DNA of 64,000 nt from Candidatus Coprovivens sp. (GCA_051892935.1 JBJFGS010000024.1:32001-96000), one strand, 5' to 3'; counted from the stretch's first letter, positions 31,690 through 42,796 are shown. Numbers and translations: made by a program. Notes: generated from the sequence alone by a model not told the origin.

Positions 31690-32715
31690 ATGAAAGCAGT
31701 AGCTATTAAATCTTTAAAGAATCTAGAAGTTGTCGAAATACCAACACCAAGAGTTAAAAATGGTAGTGTTGTTGTAGAAGTCAAAAAAGCAGGTATTTGT
31801 GGTTCTGATATTCATTATTGGGATATGGGATTACCTGAAAATTTAGTTATGGGTCACGAATTTTGTGGAATCGTCACTAATCCTGGTAGTAGAACTGATT
31901 TAAAAATTGGTGATAGAGTCACGGCTTTACCTATTTCGCCTTGTGGAAAGTGTCCAGCATGTAAATCTAATAATCATCAATATTGTCCTCATACTTGGGA
32001 TGAGGCCGTAGGATTATCATTAACTAATCCTGGAGCTTATGCAGAAATGACTACTGTAAGACCTGATTTGGTTGTAAAGGTTCCTAGTAATATTACTGAT
32101 GCGGAAGTTGCTATGGTCGAACCAACTGCAGTTGCATTACATGCTGTTAATTTAGTTGATATTAAAGTTGGTAGTAAAGTATTAGTTATAGGCGCAGGTA
32201 TTATTGGTGATTTATGTGCTTTATTTGCTAAAATGAATGGCGCTTCTTATGTAGCAATTTCTGAAACTAATGTAAAACGTGGTAAAAAAGCTGTTTCTTT
32301 GAAATGTGCTGATGAGTATTTTAATGCCAAAGATAAAAATTTTATGGTAGATGTAAAAAGAGAATGTCCTTACGGATATGATGTTGTTATTGATTGCTCT
32401 GGTAATAGTGGCGCTGTTACTTCTGCATTATTATGTGTTAAGCCAAATGGTTCTGTAGTTTTGGTTGGCGTTTCGACTTCAAATATTAGCATTCCTTCTT
32501 CATTTATTGTTATGAAAGAATTAAAAGTATTTGGAGCTATCGGTTATACTTATGATGAATTTGTAAATTGTATTAAATTAATGGCGGACAGACAAATAGA
32601 TACTTTAAAGTTTGTTGATGATATAGTTGGTCTTCATGATGTTCAAAATGCTTTTGAAAGATTAACAAGTGGAGATGATAACGCTATAAAAATACTAATT
32701 GATCCTAAGAAATAA
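31690..32715 (+). CDS. Zn-dependent medium-chain alcohol/polyol dehydrogenase
   Basis: GICGSD, GHE, CGKCPAC..C and GAGIIG motifs; ATG 31690 behind AAGGAG. Confidence 0.93.
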   Translation: MKAVAIKSLKNLEVVEIPTPRVKNGSVVVEVKKAGICGSDIHYWDMGLPENLVMGHEFCGIVTNPGSRTDLKIGDRVTALPISPCGKCPACKSNNHQYCPHTWDEAVGLSLTNPGAYAEMTTVRPDLVVKVPSNITDAEVAMVEPTAVALHAVNLVDIKVGSKVLVIGAGIIGDLCALFAKMNGASYVAISETNVKRGKKAVSLKCADEYFNAKDKNFMVDVKRECPYGYDVVIDCSGNSGAVTSALLCVKPNGSVVLVGVSTSNISIPSSFIVMKELKVFGAIGYTYDEFVNCIKLMADRQIDTLKFVDDIVGLHDVQNAFERLTSGDDNAIKILIDPKK

Positions 32716-32725
32716 AATAGTTATT

Positions 32726-32754
32726 AAAAAAAACGATAGTAATATCGTTTTTTT
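32726..32754. terminator. bidirectional terminator
   Basis: aaaaaaacgata-gtaa-tatcgttttttt hairpin. Confidence 0.8.
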
Positions 32755-34228
32755 ATTGAATTCTTAAAAGTAATTGTTTAACTTCTTCTTTTGTTTCTTT
32801 TGTTGCCTCGTGATTTATTATTCCTTGAGCTTTTTCTTCCCAATTACCGGCGTGAATTATTCTTTTGCATCTTTTATCTTTAATTAGTGTTGGTTTTGAT
32901 AATTTACTTAAATTGTCAAAATACATTGCTCTAATGTTATAAATTGCTTCACCTATTGTAGGAATGCAATTTTCGTAGTCATCAAAAAATTTTTCCATTA
33001 ATATTTCTCCATTAGGATATATATATGCAATGTATCCTTCAAAAGCATTTTGACCATAAAGTTTATGAATATATCCACTATTATCGAAGAATCTTCTTTT
33101 TCTTTCATAAGTTGAATATCTTTCTAGAATTTTCTTTTCTTTTTCTTCTGGTGTTAAATAATTATATTGTCTGTTTAATGAATCTATTACTTTCCTATTT
33201 AATTCTGTTTCAGTTCCTGGAGGAATTATTTGCCAATCTACATTTGTAAAAAAATATTTTTTTACATGGTTTTCAACATGTTTAATATGATAGCCTTTAA
33301 AGTTTTCTCTTTGCTCATCAATAGGTTTTAAAATAGGATTGCTTTGAAGAAGTTTTTTATATTTTCGAACTATATGCTTAAAAGATATATTTTGCCCTTG
33401 ATCGTTTTTTATAACTATATTACTTACTTTAGTTTCTCTTATGTATGTTGCAATATAATAAATGCATTGCTGTTTTATTTTATCGTCTTCTGTTTCATAA
33501 GCTTTTTCTAAATATTTATCAGCTAAATATAGTTCAAATTTTTCTTTGTCTAATCCTTGAAACATTGAAAAATCTATACTAGAACGATTAGTATATCCTT
33601 CAACAAATTGTCTTCTAACAATAAGGTTTCTATATAATGTTGATTGTTTTAATATAAAGCGATGAAAATCTGTATCTAAAGCAGAGCTATTATATATGTT
33701 ATATTGTCTATTAATAGTTGATACTATTTCTATTGTTCTGTTATTACTATGTCTTTCTTCGTATTTTTTTATTTGATGATATGCATTGATTGATAATTCA
33801 TAATCAGCATAAATATATGGAAATTTTTCTTTCAGTTCAGTAATTGATGTTATATTTTTTAGTTCTTCTACCTTTTTTAGTAATTCTTGACTAAGTTGTT
33901 GATCATTAAAATCTGTGCTAGGATTTGTTACATTCAGAAATCTTTTTAATTTATTAATAAATGGTATGGGTGATATATATATTTTTGTTTCAGCATTTTT
34001 ATAACTGGTAATTAGTCTAAAATAATCAAAGAAATCTTCTTTTGCTTTTGTATATCCATTAATCTTTATAATATTTGTACGATATAGTTCTTTTAATAAA
34101 GAAAATTCTTTTTCTAGTTGTTCTCTATTTGAAGAACATTCATTTAATAGAGTTTGGGTATTAAGTTCTATTATAACATAGTTGGGTATTCCTTTATTTA
34201 TTGCTGTATACATTTCTTGTTCATTCAT
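32753..34228 (-). CDS. hypothetical cytoplasmic protein
   Basis: 491-aa ORF with AAGGAGG RBS; FEGYIAYIY...RIIHAGNW region in the C-terminal half. Confidence 0.75.
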   Translation of the reverse strand: MNEQEMYTAINKGIPNYVIIELNTQTLLNECSSNREQLEKEFSLLKELYRTNIIKINGYTKAKEDFFDYFRLITSYKNAETKIYISPIPFINKLKRFLNVTNPSTDFNDQQLSQELLKKVEELKNITSITELKEKFPYIYADYELSINAYHQIKKYEERHSNNRTIEIVSTINRQYNIYNSSALDTDFHRFILKQSTLYRNLIVRRQFVEGYTNRSSIDFSMFQGLDKEKFELYLADKYLEKAYETEDDKIKQQCIYYIATYIRETKVSNIVIKNDQGQNISFKHIVRKYKKLLQSNPILKPIDEQRENFKGYHIKHVENHVKKYFFTNVDWQIIPPGTETELNRKVIDSLNRQYNYLTPEEKEKKILERYSTYERKRRFFDNSGYIHKLYGQNAFEGYIAYIYPNGEILMEKFFDDYENCIPTIGEAIYNIRAMYFDNLSKLSKPTLIKDKRCKRIIHAGNWEEKAQGIINHEATKETKEEVKQLLLRIQ

Positions 34229-34537
34229 AGTTTACCTCCTTTTTTCGTTGCTTATTATATTTCTTTTTATGGGATTGTCAAATATTGGTTCTATTATAAA
34301 AATAAAACTCTGTATTGATAGAGAACGAGTTTTTTTTATTAATCAAACACCTTTATTTAGAAAAAGATATTGGTGATTTATTTGAGGTATCTTTTTAATA
34401 TGTCATAGTTTTTAATTGTTTATATAGAAGAACACTTTTTTTAGAGTTTTCGCTATTTCATATTTGGCAATATTTTATATCATCACTAATAAAAAAAAAG
34501 AGCATTTTTTGCTCTACAAATTGCTATTTAAAATCTT

Positions 34538-35758
34538 TTAATCTTCATAGTTTGGTTTAGCACATTGTGACAGATCAATATTTATTGATTCTAAAAATTC
34601 TTTTAAGTATTTGTTATCAAAGTCGGTAATAAACGAATGTCCTTTACCTGAAGAGATTAAGTATTCTGGTAAACTTTCATTAGTATATTGATGAATATTA
34701 GCGTCCACACTATGTTTTATAATTTCAATAACATCATAGTCATACTTTCCTTCAATAGGTTTCATATATTGTAGCATCATGGTACATGTTTTTCCTGGTT
34801 TACAAGCTTTATATTCAGTATATATTGTATATTTATTATTATTGTAAATATTTAATAAAACAGGAATATCACATTTACTTTTTTTATATTCAACTGAAAA
34901 AATCAAATCATTATATATTAGATCATTTATTGTGATTTTACTCATGTCTAAATTTAAATAATCATAATATATATTCTTTTTTTGCTCAACTTCATTAAAT
35001 AATTTGTTTATGTTCTTTTCTTTATTAAAATTTAATACTTGGTATTCTATTATACCTGGAAACATTGCTTTAATTGATGAAACATATTCATTTCCATCTT
35101 TAGGATAGACAATGTCTTGTAATTTATTATCTTTAAAAATCGCTTTAATTGGCATAGAACTACCCGAAGATATTGCTAATCCTGCTCCATATTCTTCACT
35201 TTCAATATAATAGCTTTGCTGATATATCCACATATATACATATTTATAACTATGCTTTTTTTCTATTCCAAATCCATGATAGCTATAAAAGACATTGAAA
35301 TCATTATAATTAGAGTCTGGATTTTCATCAAATTCTTTACCTTTAATAAAATTTATTACCTCATCATATAAAAAATCTGAATCGTTAACCAAATTTACTT
35401 TTAGATTTCTGTTATAATAAATAAAAATACTGAAAGTTATTATAAAAATTGCAATAAATAAAGCTAATATTTTTTTTGAATTTCTTTTAATCTTTTCTCT
35501 TTCTTTTACTGTTGATATGATTGCTTTTTCTTTAGCTTCTTCACTAGTATCTTTTTCTCCATTTATGAGTTCTTCAATATTTATGTCCAATTCATTACAT
35601 AAATTTTTATATAACGATATATCTGGAAAGCTCAAACCTCGTTCCCATTTGCTTACTGCATTTATACTAACTCCCATTTTTTCGGCTAGTTGTTCTTGAG
35701 TCATGTTTTTTTCTTTTCTCAATTTAGCAATAAATCTTCCGCTTTTATTTTGATCCAT
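34538..35758 (-). CDS. XRE-family HTH regulator with TM helix and extracellular domain
   Basis: LRKEKNMTQEQLAE..AVSKWERG..PD, then a TM helix and a Cys-containing domain. Confidence 0.85.
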   Translation of the reverse strand: MDQNKSGRFIAKLRKEKNMTQEQLAEKMGVSINAVSKWERGLSFPDISLYKNLCNELDINIEELINGEKDTSEEAKEKAIISTVKEREKIKRNSKKILALFIAIFIITFSIFIYYNRNLKVNLVNDSDFLYDEVINFIKGKEFDENPDSNYNDFNVFYSYHGFGIEKKHSYKYVYMWIYQQSYYIESEEYGAGLAISSGSSMPIKAIFKDNKLQDIVYPKDGNEYVSSIKAMFPGIIEYQVLNFNKEKNINKLFNEVEQKKNIYYDYLNLDMSKITINDLIYNDLIFSVEYKKSKCDIPVLLNIYNNNKYTIYTEYKACKPGKTCTMMLQYMKPIEGKYDYDVIEIIKHSVDANIHQYTNESLPEYLISSGKGHSFITDFDNKYLKEFLESINIDLSQCAKPNYED

Positions 35759-36161
35759 TTTTTCACTTCCTCAAAATGATATTATCACTTTTATATAATA
35801 ATTAACACACACTGTTGGTTTAATTTTGATTTAATTACCATACAAATTACTTTTTTCAAAAAATTAAATTCATTTCTTATATATGATTTATTTTTCTTTG
35901 TTTATTCTGAATAAGATCAGCATATTTCAAATAATTTTTTTGGTTGTTCTTCAATAGTTATTATATAATTATTATACATTGTTCTTAATAAAACTTCCCA
36001 ACTACCTGATTGGGAAATAGCTTTTTCATATTCGGATTTATACATGTAATAATCTTCTTAACAGATTATTTGTTATTCATTTTATTAGAAGTATAAACGA
36101 TTCGAGTAAATAGTACTAAATAAAGTTAATATATGTTATAGTAATTATAGAAGTGATATAA

Positions 36162-36545
36162 ATGAATAGAGATAAACAAGAATTATATAACCAAGTTATA
36201 AGTGATTTAGAATCTTTAGATTTAGAATCACTTACTAGATTGAAAGAAATATTAATAGCAAATCCGGAGCAATATAAAACTAATCCAGTTGAAGCAATAA
36301 AAAATGCTTTAACTACGATTATGAATGATGAGCAATTAACAACTCCAGAGGATCAAGGTTATGCAAGAACTATCCATAGTAATCAAGAGAGAGGAAAATC
36401 GTTTGTAGAATCAATGTCATCTCAAGCAAGAGTATATAGAGAAGGTTTGGCAACACAAAGAGAACAGAGGTATGAAGAAATGATATCTGAAGCTGAGGAA
36501 AAGCTTGGTCCTATTGAATCGCCGATGGATAGATTAAGAAGATAA
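36162..36545 (+). CDS. hypothetical protein
   Basis: 127-aa helical ORF with ATG start. Confidence 0.6.
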   Translation: MNRDKQELYNQVISDLESLDLESLTRLKEILIANPEQYKTNPVEAIKNALTTIMNDEQLTTPEDQGYARTIHSNQERGKSFVESMSSQARVYREGLATQREQRYEEMISEAEEKLGPIESPMDRLRR

Positions 36546-36854
36546 TTATTATAAAAAGTGAGATTGATGATTGTTTGATAATGATTTTGCTGGGTATCGT
36601 TTTAAAATGAATAAGAAAGAATCTCTTTTTACGAGCTGTAGCTCGTTTTTTATATCAAATAATCTATATCTTTAGTTTTTACTATATAAGTTTTAATATT
36701 ATTTTCTATTTAAATGTGTCTCGTTCAATCTTTAAGTTTAAATAAAAAACTAGTTATTTCTAGTTAGTAATCTATTTTCGTTGGCTTTTTCCAGTATTTA
36801 TAATTTTTTCGAAACACCTATACTCATATTTTTTTTATTATCATCAGTATCTCC

Positions 36855-37290
36855 TCACTTTAAAATTGAATACATTATTATTGTTACCATACCTATAACA
36901 AAACTTATAATTAAAGATAAAATAACAACATTAACATAACCTTTACTTGACAAAGAAGAATTTGAATTTGTTTTTACTAGTGTTTTTTGTTTTTCCACCT
37001 GTTTTTGTTGTTGCTTGTGTTTGAGCTATTGCTTGATTTTTAAGTTGTGTTTGTTCTGCTATTCGAATTTCGCTCTGACTTCTTTGGTCAAAAGACTTCT
37101 TTTTATTGTTTGAAATATTTTCATTTACTTGTGAATAAGTTGATGATATATTTGTACTTTCATCTTTATTTCTATGATTAGCTTGTGGTTGTATCAATTG
37201 TTCTTCAACGTTGGTTCTTTTGCTTTCTATACTTTCTGTTTATTATTTTCAATTGTTTTAGATGAACTATTATCATCTTGTATTCTTAAC
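36855..37290 (-). pseudogene. frameshifted polar linker plus C-terminal membrane-anchor module
   Basis: Across a frameshift near 37020 it reads SFDQRSQSEIRIAEQ..KNQAIAQ / KQQQKQVEKQKTLVKTNSNSSLSSKGYVNVVILSLIISFVIGMVTIIMYSILK*. Confidence 0.6.
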
Positions 37291-37291
37291 A

Positions 37292-38089
37292 TCAAAAGGT
37301 TTTGGTATTTTGTAAATTTATCCTATATTCATCTATTAGTGCGTATGCTTTTGTATAATCTATAGAATTATATTTTTGAGCTTTTTTGAATGGACCTGTT
37401 AAACCAGGAAAATTGTATTTCATATATTTGTTATGAAACTCTTTTTCCATTGTTGACTCTAAATCAAAAAAGAATGACGATGCTTCAGATGATACTGAAT
37501 CTAATAATTCTTTTATTTCCCAATGATTTTTTGAAAAAGAAATCTTATTTATAATATCTTCTCCAAATATTTTCTCTAATTCATATGCTATTTTTGTTTC
37601 CTTTGGATATCCGCAAGAAGATGTTAATAAACCATATTTTTTTGCCAATTGTCTTGTTTTTAATTCATTTATTCCTTCTCTAATTGCTGTTCCACCGCCA
37701 CTACCACAAAAATGCAAAGTTTCATGAAGAAGAATTTCTTTATAATATTCTTCAGGAGTTAAACCCTTTAAAAAAACATGCTTTATATAAGTTAAATATG
37801 TATTATCATTTATAATCATATTATCTAGATTACAAGTTTTATGTTTTTTCATCATACCAAATCCTGGTATTTTTTTTAATGTTCCTAACACTTTAAAGGC
37901 ATCTAAAGGAAAGTAAAAATTCTTACCTCTTACAAATAATGATATAGTTCCTGTTTCTTCTATATGCACCTTTTCTTTTAAGTCATAATCAATTGGTATA
38001 TCAACAAGATTAGGATATTCTTTTTTTATAATTTCAACTAATTTTTCTATTTCAGAAATTAAACTATTTTTTATATCATTTATATTCAT
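37292..38089 (-). CDS. putative zinc metallopeptidase (HExxH with downstream EGxxE)
   Basis: LLHETLH, IREGINE and GYP motifs. Confidence 0.65.
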   Translation of the reverse strand: MNINDIKNSLISEIEKLVEIIKKEYPNLVDIPIDYDLKEKVHIEETGTISLFVRGKNFYFPLDAFKVLGTLKKIPGFGMMKKHKTCNLDNMIINDNTYLTYIKHVFLKGLTPEEYYKEILLHETLHFCGSGGGTAIREGINELKTRQLAKKYGLLTSSCGYPKETKIAYELEKIFGEDIINKISFSKNHWEIKELLDSVSSEASSFFFDLESTMEKEFHNKYMKYNFPGLTGPFKKAQKYNSIDYTKAYALIDEYRINLQNTKTF

Positions 38090-38202
38090 CAAATCAACTC
38101 CCAAAAACATAATCCCACTTTACTTTATACAATCATTATATCATTAAAAGTTGGTTGTATTGTAAAAAGTGTTGGTGAGTATTTCACTAATACTATTTTT
38201 AT

Positions 38203-38526
38203 TTAATGAAAAAGACATAATGTTGATACAATGCAATTGCGAAAATAATTTGTCATTTTTTTCTTGAATTTTAAATCTTTAATATCCCAATATTTTTTCT
38301 CTTCAAGCTTAATAATAATTTCACAAGCTAAATCATTTTTAGAGTTATTACTAACATGAGTAAAGTAATCTTTTGTTTTTCTATTTACTCTTGTTTGTTT
38401 AGAATTATATTCTTCTTTCTCCTCTTCAAATTCTTCAACATAAAATTTCTTAACATTATCAACTAGATAAGAAGTATCTCTCTTCCTCTCTAAATAAAAA
38501 CGATACTGCTTCTTAAATATTTGCAA
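38203..38526 (-). pseudogene. fragment of a Mob/Pre (MobV) relaxase
   Basis: EEF...EYNSKQTR..RK..DYF..V.....LACEIII segment as in Firmicute Pre proteins; N-terminus and HxDExxPHxH motif are absent. Confidence 0.55.
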
Positions 38527-38953
38527 ATTAATACATCATTCTATTTAATCTGTCTAGTATTTAAGCCTTAAATACCATTAATTTTGGCTTTTAATGTAGT
38601 TTTCAAGTTCATTTATCTTAATTTTTCTACTTAAAATATTGATATAGATTTCATTAGAATAGTTAAAAGCAAGAAATATATTATTATTAATTATTATTTT
38701 ATGGGTTCAATATAACTTAAATTAGCTTTGTCAACTTTTTCTAATATTAGCATTTATAAAAATCGGTATAGTATTACAAAAATCACATATAATCATTATT
38801 CGTTGTTTTAAGGATTCTTCAATCTCTATTTCTTTTATAATATATTTAATCAAGATTCTATCATTCTATGATTTTTTCTTATAAAACGAAAAAATCAATC
38901 ATAAATGATTGATATCTATCTAAAAGTCCGAATAGTTCGGACAGATTCACAAG

Positions 38954-39029
38954 TGGTGCCGGCAAGAGGAATCGAACCCCCAACCTTCTGATTACGATTC
39001 AGCTGCTCTACCAATTGAGCTATGTCGGC
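38954..39029 (-). tRNA. tRNA-Thr (CGT)
   Basis: 76-nt cloverleaf GCCGACATAGCTCAATTGGTAGAGC..AT-CGT-AA..GGTTCGATTCC..ACCA. Confidence 0.93.
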
Positions 39030-39116
39030 CTAATGAAATTATATAACATTTTTTTTAATTTTAAAATTCTTTTTTATATATATTATGTTATAATTATGAT
39101 AATTGGAGAGATGATG

Positions 39117-39974
39117 ATGGAAAATAGTAAAAGTAAAGATTTGTTAGTTATTCTAATTGTTTTATCACTATTAGTTATTGTATTAACTTTGGGGTATGTT
39201 ACATATAATAAACTTTTTAATACTAAAGATGATACAAATAGTGGTGAAAACTATTCTAATAACAATAGTAAAAACGATGATAAAAGTATTGAAAATTTAG
39301 ATATCAGCTCGCAAATTGTAAAAGATGTAATGGAGCGTTATAGTGATTTATATATATCTGAAGATGATCTTTATAAGAATAATAAATATAGTATTTCTTC
39401 GATAAGTGATTATGATTTGGTATCAACAGCATTGGGTAATGTTGATAATAATAAAATTGCTTATTGTATTTGGGAAGAAAGTCAATTGAAAGATGCTGTT
39501 TCTATTGATGAATTAAATAGTATTCTTGATGATTTATTATATAATAAAGATATTTCGATTAGTACTATTAAGTCGTCTAGTGAAGAAGTATCATATCCAA
39601 TAGCTGATTATCAAATCAATAATATAGGAATAGTTTTAAGTGATAATGGATTAAAATTAATTGGTTCATGCGATGGCGGATATGGATTTATAAAGTATAC
39701 CGATAAAAAAATTATAAAAGCAGAAAAAAATGGTGATTACTTATTTGTTTATGAAAAGCAAGCTTTTGGTGAAGATTATATGGAAGATGATAATGATAGA
39801 TTTTTGACAAATTATTATAAAGACTATGATAGAACTGTTGTCTTGGAAAAAGGGTTAATTCGTGATGCTGATGATCCTACTCCTAATTGGGATTTATATA
39901 ATACGTATAAGTATACTTTTAAAAATATTGATGGAGATTATTTCTTTGAAAGTTTAGAACTTGTAAACGAATAA
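39117..39974 (+). CDS. membrane-anchored extracellular hypothetical protein
   Basis: ATG cluster 39111-39117 after GGAG; TM helix, Asn-rich linker, YKYTFK..DG.Y.F end. Confidence 0.75.
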   Translation: MENSKSKDLLVILIVLSLLVIVLTLGYVTYNKLFNTKDDTNSGENYSNNNSKNDDKSIENLDISSQIVKDVMERYSDLYISEDDLYKNNKYSISSISDYDLVSTALGNVDNNKIAYCIWEESQLKDAVSIDELNSILDDLLYNKDISISTIKSSSEEVSYPIADYQINNIGIVLSDNGLKLIGSCDGGYGFIKYTDKKIIKAEKNGDYLFVYEKQAFGEDYMEDDNDRFLTNYYKDYDRTVVLEKGLIRDADDPTPNWDLYNTYKYTFKNIDGDYFFESLELVNE

Positions 39975-40007
39975 AAGAATCACTGATTTTGTGTCAGTGA
40001 TTCTTTT
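39973..40007. terminator. bidirectional terminator
   Basis: aaaagaatcactga-ttttgtg-tcagtgattctttt hairpin. Confidence 0.85.
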
Positions 40008-40030
40008 ATTTGGTATTAAATATTATCATA

Positions 40031-40426
40031 TTATTTATTGTCTTTATTTTTTAATAAATAAATTGCTAAACAGCACATTCCTATTCCTTGAATAGGAATA
40101 GCACTATTTATATCTATTTCTTTTAATATAGAAGTAACTATTAGACAAATTCCCATTGCTAAGCCGATTCCAATTAGTGCTAAATCTATAATTTCATCGG
40201 TTTTGGTAAGGTTTTTCTTGGTTTTGGCATTTAATAATTCTTCTATTGTTATATCTAATATTTGCGCTAGCTTTGGAATAGAGTTAATATCTGGACATGA
40301 TAGGTTTCTTTCCCATTTTGACACTGCCTTATCTGTAACTTTCATTTTTTCTGCTAACTCACTTTGAGTCATGCCTTTTTCTTTTCTTAGAGTACTAATC
40401 ATATCCCCCATACTTTTATTTGTCAT
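40031..40426 (-). CDS. XRE-family HTH regulator with two C-terminal TM helices
   Basis: LRKEKGMTQSELAE..AVSKWERN..PD. Confidence 0.88.
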   Translation of the reverse strand: MTNKSMGDMISTLRKEKGMTQSELAEKMKVTDKAVSKWERNLSCPDINSIPKLAQILDITIEELLNAKTKKNLTKTDEIIDLALIGIGLAMGICLIVTSILKEIDINSAIPIQGIGMCCLAIYLLKNKDNK

Positions 40427-40826
40427 AATAAAATCTCCTTTGTTAATTTAATTCTAATACCATTGTTTTATAAACTCAACCGACAATTAGTTTACTTTGA
40501 TAAACTCTTGGTTTAGTTTTAATTTACTACTAGATTTTCCTTTGGTTTTCTTAGTATATTTTTTAATTTTTATGGTTATAATCGTACATGATACAATTAT
40601 TTCATAATACCATTTATAGGTAAAAAAAAATTATATTATTATTAGTTATATTGTTAGTGGCATTAGTGTTTTTTACTATCAATTTTTTTGATAGTAGAAT
40701 AATGTTAATGATCTGTTGATTGAAAAAGATATCATCATTTATGCTATTTGGAGTTAAATAAAAAATAAATAGATAATGCAGTCTATTTATTTTTTAGTAC
40801 AAGATATAATTAGATGTTGGAATTTT

Positions 40827-41276
40827 TTATTTTGATGAGTCCATATTATTAGTTATATATTTCATATTGTATCTAGTTTCTGTTTCTAGTTTTATAATAA
40901 ATCCTAGTTGTTTGTATAGCTTAATAGCTCTTGTATTTTCTTTATAAACCCATAGATAAACAATATTATTGTTTAGAATTTTTCTTATTATATCTGTCCC
41001 AATTCCTTTATTTCTATATTCTTCTTCTAAGTATATTTCATCTAACATAATTCCATCTTCGTGTTGTATTACAAGAAGACATCCTACTCTTTTTTTATTA
41101 CAAAGAATTATTTTATATTGTTCTATTTCTTGAGGAATATGTTTATCTACATATCTTTTAATTTTTAGTTTTTCATCTTCTGGCAAATGATGAGCATAAT
41201 TAAAAATATTATATAACTTGGCATTTTTTATAAAATTAATATCTTTATTTTGAGCATTTATTATCTTGTATTTCAT
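40827..41276 (-). CDS. GNAT acetyltransferase
   Basis: YRNKGIGT and NTRAIKLYKQLGF motifs. Confidence 0.88.
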   Translation of the reverse strand: MKYKIINAQNKDINFIKNAKLYNIFNYAHHLPEDEKLKIKRYVDKHIPQEIEQYKIILCNKKRVGCLLVIQHEDGIMLDEIYLEEEYRNKGIGTDIIRKILNNNIVYLWVYKENTRAIKLYKQLGFIIKLETETRYNMKYITNNMDSSK

Positions 41277-41281
41277 ATATA

Positions 41282-41769
41282 TCATATTCTTTCTATTTTA
41301 TTTATAAATAAATAATAAAATATTATTCCATTTATTATAAAATCATAAATTCTTAATCTATCAAATAGAATGATACTTGTTAGAAATGATACTGTAATAA
41401 TGCCAATGCTTATTATTTTAGGTAATATGCCTTTTGATTTTGTCATCCAAGTAAAATAGGCCATTATTGGTGAACAAAGAGCGAAAATAGTCCATCCTAT
41501 TATAAAAATATTACTATATATACCATTTGTACTAAAGGCTACAAAATAATATGTTATAAGCATACCTATACAAAATGTTAAAATATTTAACATAGCTTTC
41601 TTTTTTGAAGGACTATATATGGAGATTAATACTCCAAATAGTATCCATATTGCCATTTGTGAAAATATATTTCCTAAGTTTTGAGTATATATATCAAGTA
41701 ATCTACTATGATTCCTAGTGTTAATCCACTTATAAACATTCCAACTGGATTTAATAATACTTTTTTCAT
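41282..41769 (-). pseudogene. frameshifted multi-TM membrane protein (DUF6518-like)
   Basis: GGAGG plus ATG 41769 gives MKKVLLNPVGMFISGLTLGII; one missing base near 41707 switches into the SRLLDIYTQNLGNIFSQMAIW frame. Confidence 0.6.
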
Positions 41770-41791
41770 ATTTAACCTCCATAAAAAATAT

Positions 41792-41998
41792 TTATTTATT
41801 GTCCATCTTATTAGTCATTTGGTATTTATTTAAAACAACTTTATAACATGGATATTTATTATTATCTGGATTATTATGAAGAATATTGTCTACAACTTTT
41901 ACTAATTTCTTATTTTCTAAATATACGACTTTTTGTCCGTAAGTTACTACTTTGTTTTTGGAATTGTTACTAAGAAATCATATACTTTTTTTCATCAT
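41792..41998 (-). pseudogene. decayed MGMT/alkyltransferase-like gene
   Basis: Fragments KVYDFLVTIP / KVVTYGQ..NILHNNPD..YPCYKVV in shifting frames. Confidence 0.65.
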
Positions 41999-42215
41999 TT
42001 TATCCTTCTAATTATTTTTTTATATCTATTCGGTTGTATTATATCATTATTTTTAATTTATTTTCTAATTTTCTACTATTTTGTTTCTTGATTGATTGCT
42101 TGTTTTTAAATATCTTTTATTAGTTTCACTATATATTTCAAAATGAAAAAAACACTTTACAAAACAAGTGATTTCTATTTAAAACTTGATTAAAATATTT
42201 CAAGTAAAATTCTAA

Positions 42216-42572
42216 TGGTGGAGTAGAGGAGAATCGAACTCCTGTCCAAGATACTCTGCAATACAACGTCTACAAGTTTAGTTAGATTTTTAATTTCATT
42301 AAGCGGCCGGCTATAACGTACCTACCATCTTAACTATTCTAAGTAATATTCATTACTATATCTTAGAAACTATAGTAATATACTCTGTATGTATGAACCC
42401 TTATATTAATCTACAGATAAAACTAATTAAGAGTGCTCCCAAACCTTATATTAGGCAAAAACAGGAGCGAAACTATATGAAGTTTCGTCATTTAATTTTA
42501 AGTTTGAATTTTAGGTATTCCTACCACTTGCAGTCATACTCAGATATACCCTGTCGAAACCAAGTCTACCCC
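42216..42572 (-). ncRNA. ssrA: tmRNA; predicted tag (A)DETSYSFAPVFA
   Basis: GGGGTAG/CTACTCC-A-CCA acceptor stem with G3-U; GGTTTCGAC near the 5' end; GTTCGATTC T-loop; tag ORF 42489-42451. Confidence 0.95.
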
Positions 42573-42682
42573 ATGTATGTAGTAATTATAACATATTTTT
42601 AGAGTTTTTACTAATTTATACATATGATTTAAGTGAAATAATACGGATAATTAAGTAATTAGTTTATTTTATGTGGCATTTT

Positions 42683-42796
42683 TTGATGTATTGTTAGAGA
42701 TATGATATACTTTAGACGAGTTGAAAAATTACTATTACTAAGAATTGCTCTTTATATATAGATAAAGTTGACATTTCAAGCTTATAATGGTAGTAT
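42683..42796 (+). promoter_or_regulatory. two candidate sigma-A promoters upstream of 42839
   Basis: TTGATG-17-TATACT with TG extension (42683-42711) and TTGACA-17-TAGTAT (42768-42796). Confidence 0.5.

Noticed and set aside
37292-37294. TGA readthrough (genetic code 4) joining the peptidase to its tail
   Set aside because: An in-frame TAA follows two codons later, Trp is TGG in core genes, and TGA serves as a stop in ATGA overlaps.
39015-39110. Extended N-terminus of the 39015 ORF
   Set aside because: It overlaps tRNA-Thr and its promoter region; the RBS supports a start at 39111-39117.
42393-42602. 69-aa plus-strand ORF
   Set aside because: Antisense shadow of tmRNA.
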